Shown here piece after piece: positions 23,643 through 34,859 of a DNA stretch of 64,000 nucleotides (position 1 is its first letter; each line of letters starts with the position of its first letter). Source of the DNA: TPA_inf: Saccharomyces. Lineage: Eukaryota. Both the position numbers and the translations under genes were made by a program. Under the pieces are notes generated by a model. It did not search any database. It was given only the letters and a program-made list of their open reading frames with translations, and was not told where the DNA came from. The DNA lies in contig BK006943.2 in assembly GCA_000146045.2 (NCBI GenBank), forward strand, positions 544,001 through 608,000, given 5' to 3'.

Positions 23643-24704
23643 ATGTTTGAAGGGTTTGGTCCAAATAAAAAGCGTAAGATATCAAAGTTAGCCGCAGAGC
23701 AATCATTGGCACAACAACCCTGGGTTGAGAAATACAGGCCCAAAAACCTAGATGAAGTGACAGCTCAAGATCATGCCGTTACTGTTTTGAAGAAAACCTT
23801 AAAGTCAGCTAATCTACCACATATGTTGTTTTATGGTCCCCCAGGAACTGGTAAAACGTCTACCATTTTAGCGCTAACAAAAGAATTATATGGACCCGAC
23901 TTGATGAAATCAAGAATATTGGAGTTGAACGCTTCTGACGAACGTGGTATCTCTATTGTAAGAGAAAAGGTAAAAAATTTTGCAAGATTGACTGTATCCA
24001 AGCCTAGCAAACATGACTTGGAGAACTATCCGTGCCCACCGTATAAGATCATTATTCTCGATGAGGCCGATTCAATGACTGCCGATGCACAGAGTGCATT
24101 ACGTAGAACAATGGAAACCTATTCAGGAGTAACAAGATTCTGTTTGATTTGTAATTATGTGACAAGAATTATTGACCCGCTAGCGTCCCGTTGTTCCAAA
24201 TTTAGATTCAAAGCCCTAGACGCAAGTAATGCCATTGACCGTTTGAGGTTTATCAGCGAACAAGAAAATGTTAAATGTGATGATGGAGTTTTGGAAAGGA
24301 TCTTGGACATTTCGGCAGGTGACTTGAGAAGAGGCATTACATTATTACAATCCGCTTCCAAGGGGGCGCAATACTTGGGTGATGGTAAAAACATAACTTC
24401 TACCCAAGTGGAAGAATTAGCTGGTGTGGTACCTCATGACATTCTAATAGAAATTGTTGAAAAAGTCAAAAGTGGTGATTTTGATGAGATTAAGAAATAC
24501 GTCAATACGTTTATGAAAAGCGGTTGGTCTGCTGCGTCAGTAGTTAACCAACTACATGAATATTACATCACCAACGATAACTTTGATACGAACTTCAAAA
24601 ATCAAATATCTTGGTTGCTGTTTACTACGGATTCCAGATTAAACAACGGAACGAACGAGCACATCCAATTATTAAACTTATTGGTTAAAATATCCCAACT
24701 CTAA
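23643..24704 (+). CDS. RFC2: Replication factor C subunit 2, 353 aa
   Basis: Walker A GPPGTGKTS, Walker B ILDEADSMT, SRC motif (LASRCSKF); my own base count puts the ATG one base earlier (23642), but I keep the track coordinates. Confidence 0.94.
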   Translation: MFEGFGPNKKRKISKLAAEQSLAQQPWVEKYRPKNLDEVTAQDHAVTVLKKTLKSANLPHMLFYGPPGTGKTSTILALTKELYGPDLMKSRILELNASDERGISIVREKVKNFARLTVSKPSKHDLENYPCPPYKIIILDEADSMTADAQSALRRTMETYSGVTRFCLICNYVTRIIDPLASRCSKFRFKALDASNAIDRLRFISEQENVKCDDGVLERILDISAGDLRRGITLLQSASKGAQYLGDGKNITSTQVEELAGVVPHDILIEIVEKVKSGDFDEIKKYVNTFMKSGWSAASVVNQLHEYYITNDNFDTNFKNQISWLLFTTDSRLNNGTNEHIQLLNLLVKISQL

Positions 24705-24805
24705 TATACAGGCATCTTTATATAATTGAATATAGAGGCGACATAAAGTAAGAATAAAAAAAAAAAAATCTATCCATAATTCCTCTTATCTTCTCAGCAC
24801 ATCAC

Positions 24806-25399
24806 CTAAAAGTCATTTTGATACAAGTACTCTTTAAACTGAGCGAAGGCTTTACCACGATGAGAAATAGCATTCTTTGCGTCTTTGCTCATCTCTGCGT
24901 AAGTCAGTCCATGACTATCAAAAGGTTCAAAAATTGAATCCCAGCCGAATGTAGTGGGTCCCCGGCTTGGAACGATCTTGCCTCTTGTAATACCTTGAAA
25001 GAAGTGATATTCACCCCGAGAATCAGCAAAACAAATGGTGGTAACTGCTTCAGCGTTTTTATTTTCAAAGGGTTCCAACATTTTCACAATTTTTTCCAAT
25101 CCCATGCTCTTTAAAAACCATTTTATATAAGCACCTGGTAGACCGTTAAATTCGTCAAATCTCAACGCAGTGTCTTCCACAAACACTGGCTTACCCTTAC
25201 CCAAGGCCGCAACAGCTTGCTTTCCCTTAGCTAACGCAATGGCATTCAGATCCGTGTCCTGCAATTCTTCCAGGTCTAAGGCCTCATTGATTAAGTGGAT
25301 GGTTTTGTTGTTGTTGTCGACCTCTTGAGTCAAAATCGACTGCACTTCCTTTAACTTGTTGGCATTGCCAGTGACAAATACAATTTCGTTGTTGCTCAT
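24806..25399 (-). CDS. HAM1: Inosine/non-canonical NTP pyrophosphatase, 197 aa
   Basis: MSNNEIVFVTGNANKLKEV... ITPase/Maf-Ham1 fold. Confidence 0.93.
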   Translation of the reverse strand: MSNNEIVFVTGNANKLKEVQSILTQEVDNNNKTIHLINEALDLEELQDTDLNAIALAKGKQAVAALGKGKPVFVEDTALRFDEFNGLPGAYIKWFLKSMGLEKIVKMLEPFENKNAEAVTTICFADSRGEYHFFQGITRGKIVPSRGPTTFGWDSIFEPFDSHGLTYAEMSKDAKNAISHRGKAFAQFKEYLYQNDF

Positions 25400-25620
25400 T
25401 CTGCTATCGTTCGTTTTTAGATATCTCTATGTGAGTGTTTCCTATGCTTTGAAGACCAGTGTTGAAAGCTGAAGCTCGAGAGAACGGTTTCGAAAATAAA
25501 TAATTTTTTTGCTATTTGATACATTTGTATATATAACGGAAATGGCGGGTTTTGAAAAGTATAAAATACAAGATTATACAATGATTATTGTTACTATCAT
25601 TATTGATGATGCTGATTCTT

Positions 25621-26598
25621 CTAATTAGCAGTTGGAGCATATTCTAGTTCGTTGCTGTTTTCGTAATCATACATATCTAGCGCAACGATACAAGATTCTC
25701 TGACGACATCGACTTCATCGTTGAGGTAAGATTTCAAGACGTCGACAACTTCTGGAGAAGCAATGGCACCCAAGGCTTCAGCAGCTTCATGCCTAACCAT
25801 TGGAGCTTCTTCCTTTCTGCCCAAAACTTCAATCAAACTTGGGACAGCAGCCGGACTACCTATTTGACCGAAGACGTAGGCGATTTCATGCTTGAAAAGG
25901 GAGGATTCTGCACTGAAACCAGTGGCCAAGGCCAGGATTGCTTCATCAGTACCGATATCTCTCAGTCTGAACATGGCTCTGTATCTTTGGAACAAAGGTT
26001 GCTTAGGATCATTCAATAAGGCCTGTAGTTCTGGGATGGTAGCATCCTTTTCTAATGGTAGAGGTGGGGCTGGGTCAATACTCGAGTATAGGGATTGTTG
26101 CAAGTTTTCCTTATCCTTGGCACCTCCATGGGTCCAGTTGATTCTGTTAATGGCCAGTTCACAGGTTTCTCTCACAGCAACGTGTGGATCCTCCTTAGCA
26201 GCCTTATTTAGGTCATCCAACGAATCCTTGTCACCTAGGGCACCCAAAGCCTCAGCGGCTTCGTGTCTCACCATTGGTTCTTGATTTTGATCTAACATAA
26301 CGTGTCTTAAAGTTGGAGCAGCGTCCAAGTTCTTGGTTTGACCCAACACGTAGGCCACTTCGTGCTTCAACAACTCAGACTTGTCATTGACGAAGGATTC
26401 GGCAATGTATTCGATGGCCTTTTTGGCTTCCTCTGGCTTAGTGGCAAATTCTTCAGCAACAGTCTTTAAGTTGAACAGAGCTCTAAATCTGTTGGCCAAA
26501 ACTGTTTTGCCGGACTTGTTGACTAAGATGTCCCTTAGTTGCTCTAGAGTGCATTCATCGACGTTTTCTTGGAAATGTTTTTCAAAGTTAGTAGACAT
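25621..26598 (-). CDS. LIA1: Deoxyhypusine hydroxylase, 325 aa
   Basis: Four HE motifs in HEAT-like repeats ([19 protein letters not shown] twice, HEIAYVFGQ). Confidence 0.93.
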   Translation of the reverse strand: MSTNFEKHFQENVDECTLEQLRDILVNKSGKTVLANRFRALFNLKTVAEEFATKPEEAKKAIEYIAESFVNDKSELLKHEVAYVLGQTKNLDAAPTLRHVMLDQNQEPMVRHEAAEALGALGDKDSLDDLNKAAKEDPHVAVRETCELAINRINWTHGGAKDKENLQQSLYSSIDPAPPLPLEKDATIPELQALLNDPKQPLFQRYRAMFRLRDIGTDEAILALATGFSAESSLFKHEIAYVFGQIGSPAAVPSLIEVLGRKEEAPMVRHEAAEALGAIASPEVVDVLKSYLNDEVDVVRESCIVALDMYDYENSNELEYAPTAN

Positions 26599-26775
26599 GT
26601 TTTTTTTTTTCTTTCTTGCGTGGTATGTTAGAAGGACTACAGTTTATCCTAACCTAAACCTAGAGCTACCGTCAAATATACACGTGTATTCACTGGATTT
26701 GCCTTATGTAATTTATATGATAAAAACTTTTCAGCTCATCGAGAAAAATTTTCTTTCCTCCCACGCAGGATAGAG

Positions 26776-26799
26776 AAAAAAAAAAAATTTTTTTTTTTT
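26776..26799. repeat. Palindromic homopolymer A12T12 tract in the LIA1 promoter (likely nucleosome-depleted region)
   Basis: gag(a)12(t)12cttg; about 180 bp upstream of the LIA1 ATG. Confidence 0.85.
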
Positions 26800-26966
26800 C
26801 TTGTTTCTCACTGCATTCTACAGGGATTTCTGTGGAAGGATTACCTCTATTGTTCAAAAGATAATAAACGTGGGAGTTTATCTGACGTTCGTCTTTGCAA
26901 TTCCATTGTCTTTTTTTTTCTCTGCGGGTCGAATGATCGCCGAACCAAAGGACTATACGTAGTTAT

Positions 26967-28124
26967 TTAGTTTCTAATATACTTCGCGATATTTTCTGCA
27001 GTCTCGCTACTGGCCGTTTTCCCTACTTGTTGCATAGCTTCCTGATATCTCCTTTGTAGGTCTGGAGCAGAGTTCTCGTTGACCTCACCTTTTGTTCTTT
27101 CTTCGCCTGGGAACGTGTATTCTCTCTCAACGCCTTCGTCCTCATCCCTATCCACAAGACCATCATTGGCATCCTCTTCGAGGTCGCTAATGGCATCTAT
27201 GCTGTCGTTGTCGCTGGCTGCAGCGCTGCTCTTCTCGTTTAACCCTAGATCCTTCATCAGGCCATTCAATGATTTTTGCTTTCTCATCTCTTCCTTTTTC
27301 TTTTTTAGGTTCAATGCTTTTTCACGTTCTTGCTTATAGTATTGGTCGTATTCATCAACTTTCTTGTCTACGCATTGCATAAATTCGTCGAATCCGTCTC
27401 CGGTAAAACTGGAAACGCCCACGACGTCTAGCTGGGAATAGAATTCTTCAAGCATCAGTGACATAGAATTGACCAATGAGCTCATGTACCCGGAGCCCAG
27501 CCCATTGTCACCATTCAAGTCTTGATCTTCCTTGATTGCTGCTTGGAAACTCTCAAAATCCGTCATCCATTCCTTAGCAAAATCTGCCTTGCACACGTCG
27601 GTCTTGTTGAAAACGACAATCATGGGAAGTTTGGTCTTATACAGAATGGAGCAGGCGTACAGCATGTTACTCATGAATGTAGTTGGGGATGAGTTTCTAG
27701 GCGTATCCACGATATATGCAATCACTGTGGGAAAGCTGGAGGCAAAAGATTCCGTGATAATGGCACCCGACGCACTCCACACAAAACATTCGATTTGGCC
27801 TGGAGTGTCGATGATGCAGTTTTGGAACTTGTCCTTCTTCTGTTCCACCAACCTAATAACTTGATCAATCTTGGTGCTGAACAAATTCAAACTGGTGACA
27901 ATGGCACCGTTCGGACCTAGCTGGTAATTCTCCATCACTTTCTTGTATTTGATTGAGTCTCTGATATCGATGTTTGCACCATAGGGGACTCTCAATACTG
28001 CAGGATCAAGATTGATTACGTATGGTGGCGTTTTCTCTGCCCGCAAGTGGGAGTTTAACCTTTGCATGAAAGTTGTTTTACCGGATCCGGCCATACCAAT
28101 ACATATGATTGTGCTGAGACTCAT
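26967..28124 (-). CDS. NPA3: GPN-loop GTPase 1, 385 aa
   Basis: P-loop [12 protein letters not shown] motif (LGPNGAI), acidic C-terminal tail. Confidence 0.93.
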   Translation of the reverse strand: MSLSTIICIGMAGSGKTTFMQRLNSHLRAEKTPPYVINLDPAVLRVPYGANIDIRDSIKYKKVMENYQLGPNGAIVTSLNLFSTKIDQVIRLVEQKKDKFQNCIIDTPGQIECFVWSASGAIITESFASSFPTVIAYIVDTPRNSSPTTFMSNMLYACSILYKTKLPMIVVFNKTDVCKADFAKEWMTDFESFQAAIKEDQDLNGDNGLGSGYMSSLVNSMSLMLEEFYSQLDVVGVSSFTGDGFDEFMQCVDKKVDEYDQYYKQEREKALNLKKKKEEMRKQKSLNGLMKDLGLNEKSSAAASDNDSIDAISDLEEDANDGLVDRDEDEGVEREYTFPGEERTKGEVNENSAPDLQRRYQEAMQQVGKTASSETAENIAKYIRN

Positions 28125-28314
28125 TCTTGCTGTGTCGTTATTGCGTTTTGTAGTTGTTTGTGTGCGCTAGATGCTCTCATTGTATTCCTTGTTAAATAGA
28201 GCATCGCATTAAAATTTTTTTTTTTCACTTTCGCGAAGAAATTGCTTATGGAGCTATATAGAAACGGTAATAGCATAGGCTTCTAACATTATAGAATATA
28301 TAGAAATAGAGCAC

Positions 28315-28935
28315 TTACATATTCTTTTTGGCCTTATCACGGTTAGCGTAGATCATGGCAGTAAAAGGTTCTTCCCAACGAAGAGCGATCTTGTACATGA
28401 AGTAAACTACGGCAGAAACAACCAGCCCCGCAGGCTTTCCTTTGTAAAGGGCTATGCCCAAGAAGGACAAAGTGGAACCCTGGTACATGGGGTTGTTGGA
28501 AACGTTGAAGGGGAAGCCGGTGACTCTCTCATCCATCAGGATGCCGAAATAGTCACCCAAGTACGTCCCTGTGATACCCAGCTTGTACATGGAACTCAAA
28601 ACAAGCACTTGCCCCAAACCAAAGAGAGCCACACCCAGCTTGGTCCAGTTCTCGCCCGTGATCAGAGAACACGTAGGCTGTTCACGCAATGCAGACTCGT
28701 ACACCATGTCTCTGACGATACCTAGCGAAAATATGGTCGCCGCCAACATGTAACAGCCCTTTCTGGCCCCACCACACATCTTGGTGAGAGAATGCTTGTG
28801 GTATTCCATTCTTGCAACGATGTTCCAAAAGATAGGATTGAACATCGTGCACACAATGGCCAGCTGGAACTTGGAAGACTGTAAATCGACACTGTGGATG
28901 AGTTGCTGGATGATCTCTTGGACTGACTCCTTCAT
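28315..28935 (-). CDS. OPI3: Phospholipid N-methyltransferase, 206 aa
   Basis: MKESVQEIIQQLIHSVDLQ...; multi-pass PEMT-family membrane protein. Confidence 0.92.
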   Translation of the reverse strand: MKESVQEIIQQLIHSVDLQSSKFQLAIVCTMFNPIFWNIVARMEYHKHSLTKMCGGARKGCYMLAATIFSLGIVRDMVYESALREQPTCSLITGENWTKLGVALFGLGQVLVLSSMYKLGITGTYLGDYFGILMDERVTGFPFNVSNNPMYQGSTLSFLGIALYKGKPAGLVVSAVVYFMYKIALRWEEPFTAMIYANRDKAKKNM

Positions 28936-29094
28936 CGCTTGACTTGCGCTATTCTTGTTGTCTTCAATTGCTGTTTATGGCTCTGTCCAAGAACGTTCAT
29001 GTTCTTCATATGTGTTCTCTTATAAAGACCCCTTATCCAGTGGTCATTGCAGTGGCAGTGGACAGAAACCAACGATGCATGTGTGGGTTTGCAT

Positions 29095-29751
29095 ATGAAG
29101 ATTGAAAAGGCTTCTCATATTTCACAACCGGTGCAACTTTCCACATGCACTCTCATTGACACCTACCCTGGTCATCAAGGAAGCATGAACAACAAGGAAG
29201 TCGAATTATACGGCGGCGCCATCACTACTGTCGTCCCACCTGGGTTTATAGACGCTTCTACTCTAAGAGAAGTCCCCGATACACAGGAGGTGTACGTCAA
29301 TTCCCGTCGCGATGAAGAAGAATTCGAAGATGGACTAGCCACCAATGAAAGCATTATCGTGGATCTCTTGGAGACGGTCGACAAGAGCGATCTGAAGGAG
29401 GCTTGGCAGTTCCACGTGGAAGACCTGACGGAGTTGAACGGGACCACCAAATGGGAAGCTTTACAAGAAGACACTGTTCAGCAAGGAACCAAGTTCACCG
29501 GACTCGTTATGGAAGTAGCAAATAAGTGGGGAAAACCAGATCTGGCACAGACCGTTGTCATCGGCGTAGCGTTGATCAGATTAACCCAGTTTGACACGGA
29601 TGTGGTCATCTCCATTAATGTACCTTTGACAAAGGAGGAGGCGTCGCAAGCAAGCAACAAAGAGTTGCCTGCAAGATGTCATGCTGTTTACCAATTGTTG
29701 CAAGAAATGGTACGGAAGTTTCACGTTGTGGACACGTCGCTGTTTGCTTAA
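29095..29751 (+). CDS. MOG1: Ran GTPase-binding nuclear import factor Mog1, 218 aa
   Basis: Track ORF starts at TTG 29047; first ATG at 29095 gives MKIEKASHISQPVQ..., 218 aa, matching Mog1. Confidence 0.88.
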   Translation: MKIEKASHISQPVQLSTCTLIDTYPGHQGSMNNKEVELYGGAITTVVPPGFIDASTLREVPDTQEVYVNSRRDEEEFEDGLATNESIIVDLLETVDKSDLKEAWQFHVEDLTELNGTTKWEALQEDTVQQGTKFTGLVMEVANKWGKPDLAQTVVIGVALIRLTQFDTDVVISINVPLTKEEASQASNKELPARCHAVYQLLQEMVRKFHVVDTSLFA

Positions 29752-29980
29752 TCTTTCAAATTTTAACCTTATGTTTATATTACCTTTTTATTTCTACTAT
29801 ATAGCGTATTACATGTTTTTTCCGATAAGTATAACGAAATTTCCCAGCAGCGAAGAAAGTGAAAAAATAACAGTGACCATAATGAACATTCCTCTCTTTC
29901 CATTTTGCACGTATTCTTGCAGAGAAGAGGCACTCTACTCGGAAGACAGCAGATAGATATATAGACTGTAGCGGTTAACG

Positions 29981-31171
29981 ATGGCCAAAACAACAAAAAG
30001 AGCCTCCAGTTTCAGGAGGTTGATGATATTCGCCATAATAGCCCTCATCTCATTAGCATTTGGAGTTAGATACCTATTTCACAATTCTAATGCTACTGAT
30101 TTACAAAAAATTCTGCAGAACTTGCCCAAAGAGATTTCCCAAAGCATTAATAGTGCCAACAATATTCAGAGTTCGGATTCTGATCTAGTTCAACATTTTG
30201 AGAGTTTGGCTCAGGAGATCAGACACCAACAGGAAGTTCAAGCAAAGCAATTTGATAAACAACGTAAGATCCTGGAAAAAAAAATCCAAGACTTGAAACA
30301 AACACCTCCGGAGGCCACCCTAAGAGAACGCATAGCTATGACTTTCCCCTACGATTCCCATGTCAAGTTCCCAGCATTTATTTGGCAAACTTGGTCCAAT
30401 GATGAAGGTCCCGAGCGTGTTCAAGATATAAAGGGCATGTGGGAAAGCAAGAATCCGGGCTTTGCGCACGAAGTGTTGAACCATGACGTGATAAACGCAC
30501 TAGTACACCACTACTTCTACTCCATACCGGAAATCCTAGAGACTTACGAAGCTCTGCCCTCCATCATCCTAAAGATAGATTTTTTCAAATACTTAATACT
30601 GTTAGTTCATGGAGGTGTTTATGCTGACATCGACACGTTCCCTGTTCAGCCAATTCCAAACTGGATTCCTGAAGAGTTGTCGCCATCCGACATTGGGTTG
30701 ATAGTTGGAGTTGAGGAAGACGCTCAAAGAGCTGACTGGAGAACCAAGTATATCAGAAGACTTCAGTTTGGTACTTGGATTATACAAGCAAAACCTGGTC
30801 ACCCTGTTTTGAGGGAAATCATTTCTCGAATTATTGAGACCACTTTACAGAGAAAGAGGGACGACCAACTAAACGTCAATCTAAGGAATGATCTGAATAT
30901 TATGAGTTGGACGGGTTCTGGGTTGTGGACTGACACTATTTTCACGTATTTCAATGACTTTATGAGAAGTGGTGTCAGGGAGAAGGTTACATGGAAATTA
31001 TTCCATAACCTAAATCAACCAAAATTGCTAAGTGATGTTCTGGTCTTTCCAAAATTCTCCTTTAACTGTCCAAACCAAATCGATAATGACGATCCACACA
31101 AGAAATTCTATTTCATTACTCATTTGGCATCACAATTTTGGAAAAATACTCCAAAGGTGGAGCAGAAATAA
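29981..31171 (+). CDS. HOC1: Alpha-1,6-mannosyltransferase (M-Pol II complex), 396 aa
   Basis: N-terminal signal anchor (LMIFAIIALISLAFGV), DXD-type motif YADIDTF; Och1 family. Confidence 0.93.
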   Translation: MAKTTKRASSFRRLMIFAIIALISLAFGVRYLFHNSNATDLQKILQNLPKEISQSINSANNIQSSDSDLVQHFESLAQEIRHQQEVQAKQFDKQRKILEKKIQDLKQTPPEATLRERIAMTFPYDSHVKFPAFIWQTWSNDEGPERVQDIKGMWESKNPGFAHEVLNHDVINALVHHYFYSIPEILETYEALPSIILKIDFFKYLILLVHGGVYADIDTFPVQPIPNWIPEELSPSDIGLIVGVEEDAQRADWRTKYIRRLQFGTWIIQAKPGHPVLREIISRIIETTLQRKRDDQLNVNLRNDLNIMSWTGSGLWTDTIFTYFNDFMRSGVREKVTWKLFHNLNQPKLLSDVLVFPKFSFNCPNQIDNDDPHKKFYFITHLASQFWKNTPKVEQK

Positions 31172-31353
31172 GTACTTCTACGCAGATATAATAAGGAACT
31201 TTTTTGTTAATTTTTTTTTGCTGATCGATATTAATACTTTTTAAGAATGAAGAAAAAAAAAAAATAATATACCAGATGTATTTACTTATATACAACACTC
31301 ACTCTTTATATATATAGAGAAAGAAGAAATAAGTGAGGAAGCCAAAAGCGGAC

Positions 31354-32601
31354 TCATTCTTCCTGTTTGATTTTCGCCTCTTTTTCCAACCTGGCTTCAA
31401 TTTCTCTTAATTCCTTTTCTCTTTGCAACAGTTCTTGTCTTTTCAACAGCAGTTCTTGCTGAACTCTCTCCTCAAATGCCTTTAGTCGCTCTTCTTCTAA
31501 CCGTATTTGCTCCTCACGTGTCATGTAGGTTTCGTTATTTTCGCCAGTGCTTTGCCCGTGCATATCGGATGCTGGGTTGAGAACATCGTTATTAATATTA
31601 TTACTTTGCTTGAAGGGATTTGTGTTTCTCCTTGTTGTGGTGGACGATGACGACGAACCATTCAATTTTGTCAGATTTGGACGTATGGATTCTGCCGCGA
31701 CAGATTCACCTGATAATGCCTCGGTTCTATATCTTTCATATAATATCTCATGTGTGTAGTTTTTCAAGTCATGTAAATGAGAGATCAATAACGCATTCCT
31801 TAAGATAACAAAATCAGAGATCGATGAATCTTCCACGTCCAGTATGCCCCATGGATACTTTCTGCCACGAATTGTCCCAACATCGCCGCCCATTTCGTAA
31901 ACTTCATTGGATCCAATAATAGCAAAAGGTAGAAGTGTACGTAGGTACATATTGGTTTCGTAATCTTCGTCTGATATTTCATCTTCATCGAAAGGGAAAT
32001 TATAAATTGGCAAGTTCCATCTGTCGATATCCTCCATGATCAATTTTTTATTCAGTTTCAGTTCATCTCTTGTCAAGGAATCTGATTTGCTGATCACAGG
32101 GATGATGTTAACTAAGGATCCCAACTGTCTGATGAATTCCACATCAATCTCTTTTAAACCGTGGCCAGTTGGGTTGATTAAGTAAAGACAACAATGAACT
32201 CTGCCGTCCTTAAATCTTGGGTTTCTTCTCACACGACTTTCTTCCAATAAGATTTCATCATATTGGTGGCGAATGTAGTCGGAAATGATTTCGAAAGATG
32301 GAGAATTGTCGAGAGAATCACCGAATCCCGGAGTATCGATGATATTAAGTTGAATCTTGACACCTTCATCATCTTCTAATTCGACCGTCTCCTCTCTCAA
32401 TTGTAAGTCTATTTCTGTGGACGTATCTGTGGGTAACAAGATTGTCGTCGAAGTGTCTACAACTTGCTGACCGCACAAAGTATTTATAAAAGTCGATCTA
32501 CCAGATCCGGACTGGCCCACGATCATCACAGTGAAGGTTATACCTCTTTTCAAATGCTTTCTTTTTCTTAATGCAGAAGATGCGTCAATTATTCCGGACA
32601 T
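31354..32601 (-). CDS. CDC11: Septin, 415 aa
   Basis: P-loop GQSGSGRST, septin G-domain, C-terminal coiled coil (EEERLKAFEERVQQELLLKRQELLQREKELREIEARLEKE). Confidence 0.95.
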   Translation of the reverse strand: MSGIIDASSALRKRKHLKRGITFTVMIVGQSGSGRSTFINTLCGQQVVDTSTTILLPTDTSTEIDLQLREETVELEDDEGVKIQLNIIDTPGFGDSLDNSPSFEIISDYIRHQYDEILLEESRVRRNPRFKDGRVHCCLYLINPTGHGLKEIDVEFIRQLGSLVNIIPVISKSDSLTRDELKLNKKLIMEDIDRWNLPIYNFPFDEDEISDEDYETNMYLRTLLPFAIIGSNEVYEMGGDVGTIRGRKYPWGILDVEDSSISDFVILRNALLISHLHDLKNYTHEILYERYRTEALSGESVAAESIRPNLTKLNGSSSSSTTTRRNTNPFKQSNNINNDVLNPASDMHGQSTGENNETYMTREEQIRLEEERLKAFEERVQQELLLKRQELLQREKELREIEARLEKEAKIKQEE

Positions 32602-33024
32602 GGCTGGTGGTTAGCAACTTTAGGCCTTGTGATGATTGACTTTCTAAACGGCTCCAGATCGGGTCGCCAATACGTGGTGTCTACCTATTTTACTTTTCGA
32701 TCAAATACTTTTTTGTTTATTTTTCTTTATGTTAGAAGGCGGAAAAATAAAGAATACTGGCGATCCTGCATGGTCGGGTAACGACCCACGAGCATTGTGT
32801 TGTGTAAATATAGCCATATTTAAGCTATATTTATCTGTATAACATATACGTGTCCGTATGTGCCCGACCAAATATGTTACTGCGATGAAATGGATTGAGA
32901 ACGATGTTTAAATGTTATGTTCCATGTTGTGTTTTCCACCAAAAAACCGTGAAGGACAATTCAATGAGCAAAGGGTTTAACGGAGCTATAACCTGCTTTT
33001 GTAGATGAAAAAATAGAAAATTCA

Positions 33025-33044
33025 AATATATATATATATATATA
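33025..33044. repeat. (AT)10 dinucleotide microsatellite in the CDC11 upstream / MIR1 downstream spacer
   Basis: atatatatatatatatatat. Confidence 0.85.
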
Positions 33045-33254
33045 TTTATAATAGCATGTTAATTTACAGATATTTGGACTTTTGCAAAGTCAGTAAATAC
33101 ATGGAATAAGAATACTAGTGATTGAATAGAGTACATTTAAACAGATTTATTTATTTCTTTCCTTTGTTGACTCTTTCTTAGAATATGAAAAAAAAAAGGG
33201 GCTCCGGTGGTGATGAGGAGAGAATATATATGCATGTATCAATCAAGACCATTT

Positions 33255-34190
33255 CTAATGACCACCACCACCAATTTCAATGGTTGGTGGGCAACCCAAA
33301 GTGCTCTTTAAAGAACCATAAATACCAAATTGCAAGGAGGTCAAGGTACCAACCATGACCAAACGAGTAGGCAACCCAGCAAAGGAACCGAAAAATCCTA
33401 ACTGTTTGGCCAACTGAGCCAACAAACCGACTGTGGATTGGCCAGGAGCCTTCTTAGTCTTGTTGACCTTGGACAACAGAGTGTCTGCTGGCTGGGAAAC
33501 AATGGCAGCGGCCAAACCAGCAGTCAAACCGGAAAGCAAATTCAACAAAGTAGTGGAAGTAGAGGACAATTTTTCTTTTGGACCGGCGAACCCGTAGTAG
33601 AACTCGGAGGCACGTTCAAAGACCAAGAATTTAGCAATGTTGTAAGGAATTTGCTTGAACAAAATTGGAGTGAACCCACTGTAGAAAGAGCCGATACCTT
33701 CTTCTTTCAAAATTCTGGAAAACCCTCCGACGAGTCCATTAGCGAACTGTGGTTGGGAGACCAATCTGATTCTAGTGGCTTCTAGGGGACACAAGGCAAT
33801 GTCTGCCAAGAATTCGGCCATGGCAGCAGAACCCATGTAAACAGAGTTCTTGTAGCGAGAGGCGGTATCGTAACCCAAGTTGTCAATGAAGAACTTCTTG
33901 AACACTTCGTAACCACCGAACTTGAAGGCACCTTGGATAGAGTAACCCAACAAAGTAGGACCAAACCCGGTCAACAACGCACCAGCACCTTCTCCGGCGA
34001 TGATTTGCTTGAAAGAGCCGACCATACCCTTGTTGTACACGGTAGGTTCCAGTTGGATTCTCGTCTTAACGACATCGATCGGGACCATACTGGAGTGAGT
34101 CGACCCGCACCCTATGGCGCCGGCTAGGGCGAATTTCATGTAGTCAGAGACAGAGTACTGTGGAATAGCAGGAGCAGCAGACACAGACAT
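33255..34190 (-). CDS. MIR1: Mitochondrial phosphate carrier, 311 aa
   Basis: Mitochondrial carrier family tripartite repeats; [29 protein letters not shown]... Confidence 0.94.
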
Positions 34191-34347
34191 GGTGAGATGA
34201 GACTTTTTGATCTTTGTAGTTCTTCTTCTTGCAGATCACTCTGTTCTTTGCGATGGTTCTTGTAGATAAAAAGATCGGGAGGATGGATCGCACTTAAAAA
34301 TCTTCTCGAAACGGGCCGCGGCCGGGCATGGGACCCGTTCTCGACGC

Positions 34348-34356
34348 TGATTGGCT
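34348..34356. promoter_or_regulatory. CCAAT box (Hap2/3/4/5-type, tgATTGGct) in the MIR1/BNA2 divergent promoter
   Basis: gctgattggctaac; lies about 160 bp upstream of the MIR1 ATG (a respiratory/mitochondrial carrier gene); a 10-bp GC palindrome ggccgcggcc sits at about 34312-34321. Confidence 0.35.
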
Positions 34357-34859
34357 AACGATGGTTGGGCAGAGTCTCAGCTGCTGCTTGCTCACATTCG
34401 ACAAAAGACTAGAGGAAAGCAGTACCATGCTGCGATACTGTTGCATCGCAGCATTCCGCTGTCCAAAAACAATACCTGTTGTATTGTTTGAGGCTGGCAG
34501 GCGCTTGGGTAGAAACAACACCCGATACTGGTGACAGGGCTATCTATAAATATTAAAACTTGACTCCGCAATTCGTCGTAAACTGCCTTAACCATCGTAA
34601 TGGACGCCGTGCAAATGCTTCGACTTTTCCCAGTAGTCAGGCATTGCGCCAGACACTTGTGCTGCTTAATTGTCGTAATGAAAACATATCGGTAGCGGCC
34701 TTTTTTTATTTTTTTTCTCTATGGGCTGACGCTGTCACTTTTCAACGTCGCTCCGAGGCAAAAAAGCCACCGTCAGAAATAATTACTGTCACACACACTA
34801 GATGTCCATGTATCTTTAGCATATATAAAGCGAAAATAAAAGAAAGAGTCAACGCCGAT

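Noticed and set aside
23642-23644. One-base offset between my manual base count and the ORF track for the RFC2 and BUD4 start codons
   Set aside because: Most likely my own counting error across line blocks. Track coordinates are internally consistent (lengths divisible by 3, stops verified), so I used them.
29760-29790. Candidate ARS consensus sequences (for example ttatgtttata at about 29768, and ttttatgtg at about 36428)
   Set aside because: None matches the 11-bp WTTTAYRTTTW core perfectly. I cannot support an origin call from sequence alone.
32602-33254. Searched the larger intergenic spacers (5815-6510, 32602-33254, 41438-42067, 50328-51060, 61652-64000) for tRNA A/B boxes, snoRNA C/D boxes and LTR termini
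   Set aside because: No GGTTCGANTCC B-box with an upstream A-box, no TGTTGG...CCAACA LTR ends, and no convincing C/D box pairs. No RNA gene or mobile element called.
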